Source of the DNA: Styela clava | Lineage: Eukaryota | DNA: 64,000 nucleotides | Reading direction: 5' to 3' | NCBI RefSeq assembly: GCF_964204865.1 | Contig: NC_135251.1 | Span: 18,414,001 to 18,478,000 of the forward strand | In this document: positions 62,424-64,000 of the stretch, one piece after another | Numbering within the stretch: position 1 is the first letter of the stretch | Layout of the letters: each line of letters begins with the position of its first letter | Notes under the pieces: generated by a model | What the model was told of the DNA's origin: nothing | Database searches by the model: none | The model's input: the letters and a program-made list of their open reading frames with translations, nothing else | Program-made: the position numbers and the translations under genes

Positions 62424-64000
62424 ACTTCAGCAATATACAGTGTCATATTAAAATCAAAGCCAGAATACCGATATGTTTTGTACAAAGGCTTATCCCTTAA
62501 GAGGGCTATAATGTGGCTCGTTTTTTCTGACTTGTATAGACAAACACGTGACGCATGCTCTAGCAATTATTTTTGCAATAATATTTGAAAAGAAAAACTA
62601 CATTGAATGAGTCAGATGAAAAGAATACAAAACCTAAGCGGCTCCACGAAAATTACATTCGAATTCACGGCACGAAAGATTCTAAGTTAGAGCCCAAATC
62701 CGTTAGGCCTGGTATGTGAAAGAGTTGTGCATTAGTGTCATAATGGATAGTGTCCAAATAATTAACTGGCGTGGTTGACATATTTCGATTAAAGTTCTAG
62801 ATATATCAAAGATAACTAAGATAATGATCTAACATCCAAAAATGAACAGCTCTGAAGAAACAAATCTGCACGAAAAATCTCACACAAGTCCACCATAACC
62901 TGGACTATCCTCAATTGTTGCCACAGTGTCATTTTTTTTCGCTACACCGATCTTAATTAGTTAGGCAGTGACTTTCCCATGCTGGCCAACGATTCAAGAA
63001 ACGATACATAAAACATTGAACTAAACTTCCGAGATTCATTATACTCATTGTATTTCTGAAAACTTTACCATCTCCAACATCAGAATTCATATCCCTAAGA
63101 CCAGGTATTAAATAGTAATCAATTAGTGAAAATCTCAAAGACTAATTACCAAGACGTCTCAATCTTTCCTGAATTGCGAGAACATGATAGATGATCAATC
63201 GCGATCCCAAAACACGGATTCTATACCGACTCTAAATCCCGAGAAATATCTTTTGTATGTTACTGAGCATGCGAAAGATCAGGAAAGGCGCACCAGCATT
63301 GAAAAACTAAAATTACAGCTAGCCAATGAGGACACTTGTACTCGAAATCTCTAAACTAACAAAAGTAGATATCCAACCAAGTGACATTTCCTGTAGTCAT
63401 TGTTTTCCGACTCGCAGTCCAAAAATTTTTTAAGCGAGGGCTTAAATGTGCGTATGCATATCTATGGAAAAGTCAGAATAAAAATGACGGATACTTTGGA
63501 AATTTTAGGCCAAGAAGATATTCAAAAAATCAAATATGTCAGATTTTTTTTAATTCTTTTTCTTGAACCATCACAAATATTCATGAAATGCAATAACTGT
63601 TGTACATTATGCCATGATAACTCATATATACGTTTTTAAATCATGTTATCTTAAATTTCATCTTACCTGCATAAGTTTGCCACCTTCTAATTCTGGCTAT
63701 TTGTCCTCTATATGCCTTGATTCAAAATTCCAACTCGTCAGACATTTCTTCTGAGACATCATTGAGTTTGTCTACATCCATGTGCCCGTTAAAAGAAGAG
63801 TTTTATTAACATTGGGGTAATTCCATCCCAGTATAAAATAACCAATTTATTCCTTCTCACCCAAAGGCCAGTGTTGAAACTGCTTAATATCATTATGCCA
63901 TTTATAGAAAAAATACGACAACTATGGATAATACTGAATCATTTACCAATACATTCACCAATCAACAGAAAACCCTTTCTTGACCAACACTAATCGGAAA

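Noticed and set aside
62600-64000. Short ORFs at the window end
   Set aside because: No motifs or consistent splice structure; probably decayed repeat.

Overview
AT-rich animal genomic DNA with short GT-AG introns; it looks like a marine invertebrate, possibly an ascidian, but that is only an impression. There is no prokaryotic content, CRISPR array, rRNA or intact tRNA. Six loci can be reconstructed by hand. (1) Minus strand, ~1.1-17.8 kb: a multi-exon receptor tyrosine phosphatase with a C-type lectin-Ig-FN3-FN3 ectodomain and tandem D1/D2 domains. It carries several lesions at or after the membrane: a stop-containing microexon, no intact TM exon, a TAG at the end of D1 and a 1-nt phase break in D2. 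(2) An intronless BPHL/valacyclovirase ORF. (3) A compact intronless BDP1, whose 5'UTR intron may contain the BPHL ORF. (4) A second BPHL paralog with one frameshift. (5) An ERICH3 (DUF4590) homolog with a C-terminal RI-type LRR array and RFX X-box-like motifs upstream. (6) A 10-exon secreted protein with 8 Sushi/CCP domains and a C-terminal somatomedin-B domain. Intergenic and intronic DNA is rich in hAT and Tc1/mariner non-autonomous elements with visible TSDs, DINE/HINE-like elements, a decayed LINE, a ~1 kb tandem duplication and a triplicated 2-5 kb unit upstream of the Sushi gene. All exon boundaries were read by eye and need RNA confirmation.
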